Of a stretch of DNA of 64,000 nt, positions 50,797 through 62,860 are shown piece by piece. The notes below the pieces were generated by a model, which saw only the letters and a list, made by a program, of their open reading frames with translations, had not been told where the DNA came from and searched no databases. The number at the start of each line of letters is the position of its first letter. Position 1 is the first letter of the stretch. Origin of the DNA: Squalus acanthias (Eukaryota); contig CM059432.1 of NCBI GenBank assembly GCA_030390025.1, positions 60,638,001 to 60,702,000 of the forward strand, read 5' to 3'. The translations under genes and the position numbers were made by a program.

Positions 50797-53700
50797 TTTT
50801 TTTATTAGTTTATGGGATGTGGGCGTTGCTGGCAAGGCCAGCATTTATTGCCCATCCCTAATTGCCCTCAAGAAGGTGGTGGTGAGCCGACTTCTTGAAC
50901 CACTGCAGTCCGTGTGGTTAAGGTACTCCCACAGTGCTGTTAGGGAGGGAGTTCCAGGATTTTGACCCAGCGACAATGAAGGATCGGCGATACATTTCTA
51001 AGTCAGGATGGTGTGTGACTTGGAGGGGAACTTGGAGGTGGTGCTGTTCCCATGTGCCTGCTGCCCTTGTCCTAGGTGGAAGAGGTTGCGGGTTTGGGAG
51101 GTGCTGCCGAAGAAGCTTTGGCGAGTTGCTGCAGTGCATCTTGTAGATGGTACACACTGCAGCCACGGTACGCCAGTGGTGGAGGGAGTGAATGTTTAAG
51201 GTGGTGGATGGGGTGCCAATCAAGCGGGCTGCTTCGTTCTGGATGGTGTTGAGCTTCTTGAGTGTTGTTGCAGCTGCACTCATCCAGGCAAGTGGAGAGT
51301 ATTCCATCACACTCCTTACTTGTGCCTTGTAGATGGTGGAAAGGCTTTGGGGAGTCAGGAGATGAGACACTTGCCGCAGAATACCTAGCCTCTGACCTGC
51401 TCTTGTTGCCACAGTATTTATGTGGCTGGTCCAGTTAAGTTTCTGGTCAATGGTGACCCCCAGGATATTGATGGTGGGGGATTCGGTGATGGTAATACCG
51501 TTGAATGTCAAGGGGAGGTGGTTAGACTCTCGCTTGTTGGAGATAGTCATTGCCTGGCACTCCTGTGGCGCGAATGTTACCTGCCACTTATCAGCCCAAG
51601 CCTGAACGTCAGCCAGATTTTGCTGCATGCGGGCATGGACTGCTTCATTATCTGAGGAGTTGTGAATGGCGCTGAACACTGTGCAGTCATCAGCGAACAT
51701 CCCCATTTCTGACCTTATGTTGGAGAGAAGGTCATTGATGAAGCAGCTGAAGATGGTTGGGCCTAGGACACTGCCCTGAGGAACTCCTGCCGCGATGTCC
51801 TGGGGCTGTGATGATTGACCTTCAACCACCACAACCATCTTCCTTTGTGCTAGCATGACTCCAGCCAGTGGAGCGTTTTCCCCCCGATTCCCATTGACTT
51901 CAGTTTTACCAGGGCTCCTTGATGCCACACTCGGTCAAATGCTGCCTTGATGTCAAGGGCAGTCACTCTCACCTCACCTCTGAAATTCAGCTTCTTTGTC
52001 CATGTTTGGACCAAGGCTGTAATGAGGTCAGGAGCCGAGTGGTCTTGGCGGAACCCAAACTGGGCATCAGTGAGCAGGTTATTGGTGAGTAAGTGCCGCT
52101 TGATAGCACTGTCGATGACACCTTCCATCACTTTGCTGATGATTGAGAGTAGACTGATGGGGCGGTAATTGACCGGGTTGGATTTGTCCTGCTTTTTGTG
52201 GACAGCACATTCCTGGGCTGTTTTCCACATTGTCGGATACATGCCAGTGTTGTATCTGTACTGGAACAGCTTGGCTAGAGGCGTGGCTAGTTCTGGAGCA
52301 CAAGTCTTCAGCACGATAGCCGGGATGTTGTCAGGGCCCATAGCCTTTGCTTTATCCAGTGCACTCAGCCGTTTCTTGATATCACGTGGAGTGAATCGAA
52401 TTGGCTGAAGACTGGCTTCTGTGATGGTGGAGACCTCAGGAGTAGGCCGATATGGATCATCCACTTGGCACTTCTGGCTGAAGATGGTTGCAAACGCTTC
52501 ATAGAATCATAGAAAGTTACAGCATGGAAGGAGGGCATTTCGGCCCATTGTGTGCGCGCCGGCCAACAAGGAGCTATCCAGCCTAATCCCACTTCCCAAC
52601 TCTTGGTCCGTAGCCCTGCAGGTTACAGCATCCCAGGTGCACATCCAAGTACTTTTTAAATATGGTTAGGGTTTCTGTCTCTACCACCCTTTCAGACAGT
52701 GAGTTCCAGACCCCCACAACCCTCTGGGTGAAGAAATTTCCCCTCAAATCCCCTCTAAACCTTCCACCAATTACTTTAAATCTGTGCCCCCTGGTTTTTG
52801 ACCTCTCTGCTAAGGGAAATAGGACCTTTGTATCCACTTTATCTTGGCCCCTCATAATTTTATACACCTCAATAAGGTCTCCCCTCAGCCTCCTCTGTTC
52901 CAAGGAAAACAGACCCAGCCTATCCAGTCTCTCCTCATAGCTAAGATTCTCTACTCCCGGCAACATCCTTGTAAATCTCCTCTGTACCCTCTCTCGTGCA
53001 ATCACATAGTTCCTGTAATGTGGTTACCAGAACTGCACGCAGTACTCTAGCTGAGGCCTAACTAGTGTTTTATAAAGTTGAAGCATAACCCCCCTGTTCT
53101 TGTATTCTATGCCACGGCTAATAAAGGCAAGCATTCCGTATGCCGCCTTAACCACCATATCTACCTGGCCTGCTACCTTCAGGGATCTGTGGACATGCAC
53201 TCCAAGGTCCCTTTGTTCCTCTACACTACTCAGTGTCCTACCATTTAATGTGTATTCCCTTGCCTTGTTAGCCCTCCCCAAATGCATTACCTCACACTTC
53301 TCCGGATTGAATTCCATTTGCCAGTGTTCTGCCCACCTGACCAATTTATTGGTATCTTCCTGCAGTCTACAGCTTCCTTTTTCAGTATCAACCACACAGC
53401 CGATTTTAGTATCATCTGCAAACTTCTTAATCATACCCCCTGTATTCAAGTCTAGATCATTGATAGATACCACAAAAAGCAAGGGACCTAGTACTGAGCC
53501 CTGCAGAACCCCACTGGAAACAGCCTTCCAGTCACAAAAACACCCATCAACCATTACCCTCTGCTTCCTGTCTCCGAGCCAGTTTTGAATCCAACTTGAC
53601 ACTTTGCCCTGGATCCCATGGGCTTTTAACTTCGTAACCAGTCTGCCATGTGGAACCTTATCAAAAGCCGTGTTAAAGTCCATATACACTACATCAAACG

Positions 53701-54760
53701 CACTACCCTCATCTACCCTCCTTGTTACCTCCTCAAAAAATTCAATCAAGTTTGTCAGACACGACCTTCCCTTAACAAATCCGTGCTGACTATCCTTGAT
53801 TAATCCGTGTCTTTCTAAATGAAGATTTCTCCTGTCCTTTAGAATTCTTTCCAATAATTTTCCCACCACCGAGGTTAGGCTGACTGGCTTCAGCCTTGTC
53901 TTTTGCACTCACATGCTGGGCTCTACCATCGTTGAGGATGGGGATATTCATGGAGCCTCCTCCTCCCGTTAGTTGTTTAATGGTCCACCACCATTCACGA
54001 CTGGATGTGGCAAGACTGCAGAGCTTTGATCTGATCTGTTGATTGTGGGATCGCTTAGCCCTGTCTCTAGAATGCTGCTTCCGCTTTTTAGCATGCATGT
54101 AGTCCTGTGTTGCAGCTTCCCCAGGTTGGCACCTCCTTTTTAGGTACGCCTGGTGCTGCTCCTGGCATGCTCTTCTACACTCCATATTGAACCAGGGTTG
54201 GTCCCCTGGCTTGATGGTAATGGTAGAGTGAGGGACATGCCGGGCCATGAGGTTACAGATTGTGGTGGAATACAATCCTGCTGCTGCTGATAGCCCACAG
54301 CGCCTCATGGATGCCCAGTTTTGAGCTGCTAGGTCTGTTCTGAATCTATCCCATTTAGCACGGTGGTAGTGCCACACAACACGATGGAGGGTATCCTCGG
54401 TGTGAAGACGGGACTTCGTCTCCACAATGACTGTGCGGTGGTCACTGCTACCAATGCCGTCATGGACAGATGCATCTGCGACAGGTAGATTGGTGAGGAC
54501 GAGGTCAAGTAGGTTTTTCCCTCGTGTTGGTTCTCTCACCACCTGTCGCAGGCCCAAACTAGCAGTTATGTCCTTCAGGACCCGGCCAGCTCGGTCAGTA
54601 GTGGTGCTACTGAGCCACTCTTAGTGATGGACATTGAAGTCCTCCACCCAGAGTGCATTCTGTGCCTTTGCTACTCTCAGTGCTTCTTCCAAGTGGTGCT
54701 CAACATGGAGGAGTACTGATTCATCAGCTGAGGGAGGGCGGTAGGTGGTAATCAGCAGGA
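50797..54760 (-). mobile_element. Second CR1-group LINE family (APE-RT ORF2), largely open, split by CR1
   Basis: ORFs 53790-54557 (LDLVLTN, SDH), 51850-52464 (NYRPISLL, QFGFR, ALDIKAAFDRV) and 50918-51928 (GVPQGSVLGP, MFADD); A-rich tail. Confidence 0.92.
52502..53886 (-). mobile_element. 5'-truncated CR1 nested in the above LINE
   Basis: RT ORFs 53024-53908 and 52583-53005; attctatg tail; TSD gcttca at 52496-52501 and 53887-53892. Confidence 0.93.
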
Positions 54761-55102
54761 TTGTGTCTAGTCTGTACCCAAACTATCTCCTCTTTGAAGG
54801 CTTCCCATTGCTCATTTACTGTTTTACCTGTCAGTCTTTGATTTTAATCCACCTGGGCCAGATCTCTTTTCAACTCACTGAAATTAGCCCTCCACATGTT
54901 GAATATTTTCACATTTGATTTTTCCTTGTCCTTTTCCATAACTACTCTAAACCTAATGATATTGTGATCACTATTTCCCAAATGCTCTCCCACGTGAAAC
55001 ATGCCCCAATTCATTCCCAGAACTAGATCCAGCACTGCTTCCTTCCTCGTTAGGCTGGAAACATACTGATCAAAAAAGTTCTCTTGTACACATTTCAGGA
55101 AT

Positions 55103-55458
55103 TCAAAATCTTGAAGGTTTTTGATAGAGTAAATAAGGGGAAACTGTTTCCAGTGGCTGAAGGGTCGTTAACCAGAGGATTTAAGGTAATTGGCAAAAGA
55201 AGCAGAGGCAAGATGACGAAAAAAAATTTACGTAGCGAGTTGTTATGATCTGGAATGTATTGCCTGAAAGGGTGGTGGAAGCAGATTCAATAATAACTTT
55301 CAAAAGGGAATTGGATAAATACTTGAAGTGGAAACAATTTGCAGGGCTATGGGGAAAGAGCAGAGGAGTGGGATTAATTGCATAGCTCTTTCAAAGAGCT
55401 GGAACAAGCACGATGGGCCGAATGGCCTCCTTCTGTGCTGTATCATTTTATGATTCTT
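55103..55458 (+). mobile_element. CR1 3' end
   Basis: Matches 25590-25910 and 26044-26080. Confidence 0.85.
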
Positions 55459-55807
55459 TCTCCACCTCTGGTGTTCTGTCACCTGTGGCATCCTATCTTC
55501 CTGCCCTAGCTTGTGCACACTTGTGGTCAGTGATTCACCATGTGAAGACCTCTCCTCCAACGTAGCCTCTAATGTGTGCGTGGTGCCAGTAGCTGAGTTG
55601 GCGCATGCAAGGGTAAGATTGAGCGACGGTGCATCTTCAGCAATGCTGGCCTCCTCTTCCTGAAATGGCAGAGGTATCGCCACATTTTCAGCACCTGAAA
55701 TGAAAGACGGGGATAATGTAGATGTAATCAAGTTATTTAACTTGAATCCACAATCTTTTGATTCTGAGGCAAAAATGATAACACTGAACCAAGGCTGACA
55801 CCTAACA

Positions 55808-56237
55808 CAAAAATACTGCGGATGCTGGAAATCTGAAATAAAAACAGAAAATGCTGGATACTCAGCAGGTCAGGCAGCATCTGTGGAGAGAGAAACAGAG
55901 TTAACGTTTCAGGTCGATGACCCTTCGTCAGAACTAGAAAAAGCTGGAGAGGGAACAGGTTTTTAAGCAAGTGTAGGGGCAGGGATTGCCATTTACACTT
56001 CATCTAGAGCCATCTTTTGTTTCTTAACTTGTCCCATTACCATCTCCTTTTGCCTTGCACCATCATCCCTTTTGTCTCTTAATCTCTCCTGCCTTCCATC
56101 CTATCACAGGCCTTCCCTTTTGTTCTTTCCTCCCCTCCCCCCTTTCCCTGCCCCGACACTTGCTTAAAATCCTGTTCTATCTCCAGCTTTTTCCAGTTCT
56201 GACGAAGGATCATCGACTTGAAACGTTAACTCTGTTT
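55808..56237. mobile_element. Non-coding Penelope pLTR insertion (second family) with two oppositely oriented hammerhead motifs
   Basis: Hammerheads at 55899-55935 (-) and 56195-56231 (+): agtt-ctgacga-stem-gaaa-cgtt-aact. ~95-bp inverted repeat; TSD ctgacacctaaca at 55795-55807 and 56238-56250. Confidence 0.88.
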
Positions 56238-56699
56238 CTGACACCTAACATACTGAACAATTTAGCTAAGGTAAACTCAGAATATTACTTCAAACTAATT
56301 GAAGAAAGCAGACCCTGAGGACAAAAATTTAAATTCAAGAAAAGTAAATTTTAAGTAGTCAATCTCTTGTGGCATTGCACACAGGAACTCAAAAGCAAGT
56401 GTGTTCCTCAGGTAAAGTGGAATTAGATGGCAGGTAATTGGACCGGGGGATACAGAAGTAATTCTGACCACATTTTAAAGCCGCACCTGCTGTCCTTTTC
56501 ATATGATACTTTTATTTTATAATATTATTAGTTATATAGTTAAATGGCGAAAGCTACAATAGTTTGGGAAGCAGAGAGGTAGAGTTGGCTGGCGGATCGG
56601 AGTTTCTTTGCAGTACAGGCTGCAGAGCTGGGAGATATAAAACTGCAGTGGCACCACTGGCAGGAGAATGTAATTACACTGGGACAAGTTAAAAAGTTA

Positions 56700-58849
56700 G
56701 GGCTAAAAATTCGGGGGCTTTACGCCACCCGTTACCGTCAAGAAATCACGGAAAGAGGGCAGCCGCCACTCTTTCGCCAGCTGGTGGCAGGTCACGCGGC
56801 ATCCTCCATTTTTCTCGGCCTGGCAGTGTTACTGGTAAGATGCATCACCCTGCAAAGTAAAATGAGGGAGTGGTGACATCACCGCCGATTTAGCGTCACC
56901 ACGGCAAACTTGGACCTTCGCACTGAGTTCAGCGCTGGGTCCTAAGCTCACCATGTAAACCCAGCATGCAAGCAGACTCACAGAGGCACTGTCACCTCTT
57001 AAAGGGACACACACAGCTTTCAGCTAAGTTTTCATTTAAGCTTTTAGACTGGATTTCTTTTTGATCTTACTGAAGTAGTGGTTTGCTGTAATAGATGTTA
57101 AGTTTTTTAAGTGTGTAGGGAGTGCTGCTGGATGCTTGCAAGGCCTCGGATGGTAAAGAAAGGCCTCTGAGAAGACAGAAAAAGCTGCAAATACTCAGCA
57201 GGTCTGGCAACATCCATGGAGAGAGAAACGGAGTTCACTTCTCAGGTGCCTGAGCCGCTGAGTATTTCCAGCATTTTATGCTGTCATTTCAGATTTACAA
57301 CATCTACTCGCAGAAAGAAGAGGAAGGAAGGATGCAACCCAGACAGCCCCTTTTTGGCCGGGATATCCGGAATGGAATCATCCGCCTGCGGTCCCTCTGA
57401 CCACAACCCCAATTCCTCTTTCAACATTTGTCCCACACCTTACCTTCCCTTTGTTACTGACCATCACAGTGTCGTCTTGGCCACAATGCTGAAATAAAAG
57501 CCACCACAAAGCAAACTTTCCAATCCAACTTTATATATCTATCCATCCAATATGACAACAAGCAATCAACTCATCACCCTTAAGCATTCTCTTAGTGACT
57601 GTCTTGTGTGTGCCTTTGCCTATCCTACTGATGTCACGCAGTGCTACCCCAGTGGCTGCAGCAGGGCTGGTGGGGCACTGCAAATGTTCTTCTTCTTCTC
57701 CTACTTCTCCTCTCCTCCTCTCGCCCCTCTCCTCCTCTCGCCCCTCTCCTCCTCTCGCCCCTCTCCTCCTCTCGCCCCTCTCCTCCTCTCGCCCCTCTCC
57801 TCCTCTCGCCCCTCTCCTCCTCTCGCCCCTCTTCTTGGCCAACCACTGCGTGTGTGAAATGAGGAAGGCACATGGGTGGAATTGTGGTGAGGGGAAGGTG
57901 GGAAAGCAAGAGGTGCATGCCAGAAGGAGGATAACGTATGAGGATGCCAGCATCTTGTCTCCTTTCTGCACCGCCGCTGGCCAAGGGCTCAGCCATGCCC
58001 TTGCCAAGAATGGCCTGCACCATCTCCTCCAAGGGGGTGAGGTGAGGCTAGGAATGGGAGATGTACCTCGTGATTGGTACAGATTGTTGGTAGATGAGTG
58101 ATGGGGGAGTGGGGGGGAGTCGTGCATTGAGCAATGCGTGAGGCTAGTGGAGCAGTTGGTAGGAGACGGCTTTTGAAGATACATTCACTGACCTTGACCA
58201 GTGGTCTGAGGTCATGAAGCTTCTTTGGGCACTGGAGCCAGGTGGTGTGGGCGACACTGCTGGCAGTGACGGCCTCAGTGATGTGGTCCCACATCGTTTT
58301 TTCTGGACGGCCTCCTGGCCTCTGTGAGTGGAGGATCTCTCTTGCAGTGTTGACCCCCTGCACAAAGCTGGAGTGTTGCGTGCGAGACCCTGGGTGCCCC
58401 TTCCCTGGCTTGCTGAGCCATTTGTTTTTGTGCTGAAACACTTTCCCATTTTTTGAGGTTCAGAAGGAAATTCAGCTTTAAGTGCTGTAGACTCCCATTC
58501 TTTTTAATGTAATTTTTTTTTTAAAGGCAGTAAGGGCTGAAAACTGCATTTTTTCACTTCATTTTATTTTTTATTAGTTCATAAGGCATTTCCCACAATT
58601 CCTAGCAAATTCCATAGCCTCTCTTCCAGAGGCTGTTAGAAGCTGGAACGACTCTTCGGGACAGGCACTTTGACGCCCATGCCTGCACTAATCCCACCAG
58701 GAGGGCGTTACATGGTAAGTTAGCACTGAGCTAAAAATCTTTAGCCCCCAGCGCAAATTTTTCCCTGGTAGCGCTTCATCCATTTTCAGCGGTCATTAAC
58801 CCGAGAGTTGCCGGTGACCCTGTTGTGGCGGCCACAAATTTTTCCTCCC
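56700..58849 (-). mobile_element. Non-autonomous Harbinger element with decayed Myb/SANT exon
   Basis: TSD tta at 56697-56699 and 58850-58852; imperfect TIRs gggctaaaaatt and aatttttcctccc; REILH...WDHITEAV...TWLQCPKKLHDL (57989-58441). Confidence 0.75.
57709..57827 (+). repeat. Minisatellite (cctctcctcctctcgcc)x7
   Basis: Seven perfect 17-bp units read directly. Confidence 0.95.
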
Positions 58850-59629
58850 TTAATTTCCATCATAAATGTGGACATAGGAATTGATAAAGTTAACAGAAAT
58901 GTGTGGAAAAAGTGACTTTCGGAAGTAAGGTTTTGTAGACTGAAAGCACATGTAAGATTTTTAATATCTCATTCTTTACTGAAAGGATGATAGATGTTTG
59001 GAACAATTTATCAGATGGTTTAGTAGATACAAAAACATTTTTGATATTCCAAATGTAGTTGTAAGCTATAGTGAAAGAGTTGGGGTACTAGAGGGAAGAA
59101 CATTGGTGGGCAGAATGGCCTTTTCTGGTCATTGACTTTTCATAAGTTTGTGGTCACCCAGACATGGGAAGATTATTATTGTGTTTGAGAGGGTACAAAG
59201 ACAAGCAACAACAATTATTTATCTTCTAGAAATGTTGAGGAACTTGGATTTTTTTTCTTTGGAAAAGAGGAGATGTAAAGGTGATATAATTGAAGTTTTC
59301 AAGGGAATTGACAGATTGATCCAGGCAAATTGTTCACTGTGGTAATGGGTTCAAATATCAATGAACATGAGTTAAATTAGAAAGTTAGGAGTAAGGAAAG
59401 TCAGGTGGAAACTTTTCATCTGAAAGGTAATAGAGTTGCGAAGTAAGTGGTCGAAGAAGACTGTATACATGATTGAAGAGGCAATTAGTTGCACTACTGG
59501 AGAGAGAAGGGATTGAGGGCTGTGGTGAGCAGGCAGGTAGGGAGGTTGATGTATGAAAAAGATCAGGTTTGACAACCTTATGCCTTTTTCCTGTTCCTAA
59601 AAATTCTTACGTTCTTTGTTCTTACATTT

Positions 59630-62600
59630 ACAACAACAACTTATATTTATATAGCGCCTTTAACGTAGTAAAACGTCCCAAGGCGCTTCACAGGAGTGTT
59701 AGCAACAAAAACAAATTTGACACCGAGCCATATAAGGAAATGTTGGGGCCGATGACCAAAAGCTTGGTCAAAGTGGTAGGTTTTAAGGAGCGTCTTGAAG
59801 GAGGAAAGAGAAGTAGAGAGGCGGAGAGATTTAGGGAGGGAATTCCAGAGCTTAGGACCTAGACAGCTGAAGGCACAACCACCAATGGTGGAGCATTTAA
59901 AATCAGGGCTGTTCAAAAGTCCAGAATAGGTGGCGCGCAGAGGTCTCGGGGGATTATACGGCTGGAGGAGATTACAGAGATAAGGTGGGGCGAGGCCATG
60001 GAGGGATTTGAAAACAAGGATGAGAATTTTAAAATCAAGGCATTACTTAACTGAGAGCCAATGTAGGTCAGCAAGCACAGGGGAGATGGGTGAGTGGGAC
60101 TTAGTGCGAGTTAGCACACGGACGGCAGAGTTTTGGATGACCTCATGTTTTTGGAGGGTACAACTAGGGAGGCCGACCAGGAGTGCGTTGGAATAGTCAA
60201 GTCTAGAGGTAATAAAGGCATGGATGAGGGTTTCAGGAGTAGATAAGTTGGTGTAAGGGCGGAGACGGGTGATATTGCGAAGGTGGAAATGAGCAGTCTT
60301 AGTGATAGAATGGATGTGAGGTAGGAAGCTCAATTCATGATCAAATATGACACCAAGGTTGCGAACGAACATGGTCAGCCTTAGACAGTTGCCGGGGAGA
60401 GAGATTGAATCAGTGGAAAGGGAATGGAGTTTGTGGCTTGAACCGAAGACAATGGCTTCAGTCTTCCCGATATTTAATTGGAGAAAATTTCTACTCATCC
60501 AGTGCTGGATGTCGGACAAGCAGTTTGATAGTATAGAGACAGTGGAGGGTTCGAAAGAGGTGGAGGAGAGGTAGAGCTGGGTATCATCAGTGTACATGTG
60601 AAAACTCACATTGTGTTGCCGGATGATGTCACTGAGGGGCAGCATGTAGATGAGAAATAGGAGCGGGCCAAGGATAGATCCAGAGGCGACATCGGGAAGA
60701 GAAGCCAATGCAGGTGATTCTATGGTTACGGTTGGAAAGATAGGAATTAAACCAGGTGAGTGCAGTCTCATCCAGCTTGACGATGGTGGAGAGGTGTTGG
60801 AGCAGAATTTTATGGTCAACCGTGTCAAAGGCTGCAGACAGGTCCAGAAGGACGAGAAGGGATAGATTACCTTTGTCGCAGTCAATTAGGATGTCATTGG
60901 TAAGAGCAGTTTGAGTACTGTGGCAGGGGCGGAAGCCTGATTGGAGAGATTCAAACAAGGAGTTCTGGGAAAGATGGGCATGGATTTGGGAGGCGACAAC
61001 ATGTTCAAGAACTTTGGAGAGGAAAGGGAGGTGGGAGATGGGGCGATAGTTTGCAAGGACGAAGGGATCGAGGGTTGGTTTTTTGAGGAGATGGGTGATG
61101 ACGGCAGATTTGAAGGAAAGTGGGACAATACTGGAGGAGAGAGAACCGTTAACAATATCCACTAACGTGGGAGCCAAGAAGGAAAATTGGGTGGCCAGCA
61201 ATTTAGTAGGACTAGGATCGATAGAGCAGGAGCTCGGTCTCATTGACAAGATGAGCTTTGAAAAGGCAAGGGGGGAGATAGGAGAGAAATTAGAGAAATA
61301 TGAAAATTTAGGGTTAGGGCAGGGGGAAAACAGAGAGGAAGTTTGGTCCAGTGGGCTGGGGGGAGGGAGGGAATTGAAAGCAGAAGCAGTTGAACGGATG
61401 TTGTTCTTTTTAACAAAGATGTCCGTGAGCTCCTCACATTTATTGTGGGAGGTGAGGGAGGAGGAGGCAGGGGAGGGTGGTTTGAGAAGACAGTTAGTGG
61501 TGGAGAAGAGAAGCCTGGTGTTATTTTTGCTGTCCTGGATGATCTTAGAATAATGGGCGGTTTTAGTAATGGAGAGCAGGACCCAGTAGTGCTTTATATG
61601 ATCTAGCCAAATCTGATGATGGATGATTAGGCCAGTTGTCTGCCAAAGGCTGCGTCCCTTGGACTTAAGGGAGCGGAGATGAGGGGTATACCAGGGTGAG
61701 AGAGTGTAATGATTTTAGTGGGGTCAAGGGCATCAAAGGTGGTGGAGACAGTGTGATTTATTAAACCAGTAGCTGCAGAGATGTCATGGCGAATAGTAGG
61801 CCAAAGGCTAGGTAGTTGGGAATTAGAAAGTGCAGTGGTAAGGGACTTGAGAGAGCGTTGTTTCCAAGGGCGGATACGAAAAGAAGTGTGTTTCGGAGGG
61901 GGAAGGGGAATATGGGTAGAGAGTGATATAATGAAATGGTTGGACATTGCCATGGAGGGGATAGCGAGGCTACGTGAGATGATTAGGTCGAGGGGGTGAC
62001 CGTGTATATGGGTGGGGGAGTTGACATGAAGGGAGAGATTAATGGAGTAAAGGAGGGCAGTGAACTCAGGAGAGGGAGCAAGATGAATTGAGATGGAGGT
62101 TGAAATCACCGAGGATGAGAAGTCGTTCCATGCAGAGGCAGAGGGAGGAAAGTAGAGAAGATATCTAATTGAGAAAATTGGTGTGATATTTGAGTGGACG
62201 GTACAGAATAAGGATTTTAAAAGAGAGACGTGAGGGGTGGAACAAGGTGCGATGCTCAAAGGAGAAGTTGAAAGAAAGACTTGCATTTATATAGCGCCTT
62301 TCCTGACCACCGGACATCCCAAACCGCTTTACAGCCAATTAAGTACTTTTTTGAAGTGCAGTCGCTGTTGTAATGTAGGAAACGCAGCAGCCAATTTGCG
62401 CACAGCAAGCTCCCACAAACAGCAATGTGATAATGACCAGATAATCTGGTTTTGTTATATTGATTGAGGGATAAATATTGGCCAGGACACCGGAGATAAT
62501 TCCCCTGCTTTTCTTCGAAATAGTGCTACAGGATCTTTTACGTCCACTTGAGAGAGCAGACGCGACCTCGGTTTAATGTCTTATCTGAAAGCCGGCACCT

Positions 62601-62860
62601 CTGACGGTACAGTACTCCCTCAGTACTGCACTGAAGTTTCAGCCATGATTATTGTGCTCAAGTCCCTGGAGCGGGACTTGAACCCACCCAGAGGCGAGGA
62701 TGCTACCAACTGAGCCACAGCTGACACTCGTTGCCGGAGGAGTAGGGAGACAGACCAAGGTGTGATTTGGATATAAGGGCTGCACCACTACCACAGTGGT
62801 TTGGGCGTGGAATATGGTGGAAAGTATAGCCAGGTGGAGAAGTTTTATTAAGGGGAAAGG
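59630..62860 (-). mobile_element. L2 LINE, ~3 kb, interrupted by SINE
   Basis: NYRPISHLPFLSKVLE, QSGFR, LLDLSAAFDTVDH, HMYTDDTQLY, FITSRLDY; PTHIHGHPLDL (APE); (caa)n tail. Confidence 0.93.
62270..62728 (-). mobile_element. Deu-domain SINE
   Basis: Full-length match to 22708-23177. Confidence 0.9.

Larger units (their letters stand above)
50370..55102 (-). mobile_element. Old CR1 fragment (50370-50796 and 54761-55102) split by the nested LINE
   Basis: The two halves rejoin (ccttgtgggaatgt|gtctagtctgtacc) to match the reverse complement of the CR1 at 22050-22700. Confidence 0.75.

Noticed and set aside
53790..53908. Apparent fusion ORFs between two LINE families
   Set aside because: Read-through across the nested insertion junction marked by the gcttca TSD.
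57531..58184. Overlapping R/E/G-rich and S/P/L-rich ORFs
   Set aside because: Artefact of the stop-free 17-bp minisatellite.
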